Shown piece after piece: positions 63,191-63,854 of a stretch of DNA of 63,854 nt (position 1 is the stretch's first letter; every line of letters starts with the position of its first letter). Source of the DNA: Squalus acanthias. Lineage: Eukaryota. The notes beneath the pieces are model-generated. The model had not been told where the DNA came from and did no database searches. It saw only the letters and a list, made by a program, of their open reading frames with translations. Made by a program: the position numbers and the translations under genes. The stretch covers positions 147-64,000 of the forward strand of contig JASTWF010000048.1 in assembly GCA_030390025.1 (NCBI GenBank), written 5' to 3'.

Positions 63191-63854
63191 ATTTATCCTT
63201 GTCTGCTCTGTCAAAACCCCTCTGATATTTAAACACCTCTATTAACTCTCACCTTATCGTCTGCGTTTTATTATTATATGAAATTGAAAAACTTGCTCCG
63301 TTTCAAGCTTCTCACCGTATAGAAATACTCTGATATATTATTCTTAGGTCCCAAGTTGATGACGTCACACTTGCCCCAATGAATCCAACTGTCACTGTTT
63401 TTCTCACTCATTTAATCTCTCTCTGTGCACTTTGAAACTGACTGTTCCCGCCTGCTCTGCTCACTGCCAAGCAGAGAGAGATGGGTGGGACTGTCAACCA
63501 AGGAGAGAGAGTCAGGGCTGCGAATCAGAGAGCGCGTTGCAGGGCTGTCAATCAGAGACGGGAGCGGCGGAGCTTTCAATCAGAGAGGGCGTGGCAGAGT
63601 TGTCAATCATAGAGGGGAGCGGCGGAGATTTCAATCAGAGGGGGAAGGGGGGAGCTGTCAATCAGAGAGGGCGCGACAGGGTTATCAATCAGAGAGTGAG
63701 TGATGGAGTTGTCAATCAGAGGGGGTGACGAGTTTTCAGAGAGGGGATGGGTGGTGATGTCAATCAGAGACGGACGGGCGGTGCTGTCAATCAGAGAGGG
63801 GAGTGGTGGAGCTGTGAATGATTACATAGGATTACATAGGATATCTGGCACAGA

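Overview
Eukaryotic (very probably cartilaginous-fish/shark, judged from CR1, Deu-SINE and Penelope content) germline T-cell receptor beta variable-gene array. I read 20 leader-intron-V cassettes, all on the + strand: 14 apparently intact and 6 pseudogenes, plus 3 orphan leaders. Every V with a complete 3' end carries a 23-bp-spacer RSS except one whose heptamer is deleted. There are four V families. Family A (14 copies, ending YYCAWSL) closely resembles mammalian TRBV30/mouse Trbv31. Families B, C and D (2 copies each) end in a C-A-C motif. No D, J or C segments are visible. The array grew by tandem duplication (~2.7 kb units on the left, a ~9.6-10.4 kb block on the right) and is full of CR1 fragments, SINEs, two solo LTRs, a Penelope element and a CR1-tail-derived 42-bp minisatellite. 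Most notable: (1) in two adjacent units the promoter-L-V-RSS cassette is replaced by an antisense CpG-island promoter plus an inactivated exon 1 of NECAP1; (2) a same-orientation CTCF-type motif follows nearly every family A/C unit; (3) V promoters are preceded by variable tandem arrays of PBX/PREP-decamer plus GC-box units; (4) family A shows CDR1/CDR2 cassette shuffling; (5) the Penelope end carries a minimal hammerhead ribozyme. All homology calls come from recognising motifs by eye; no searches were run.
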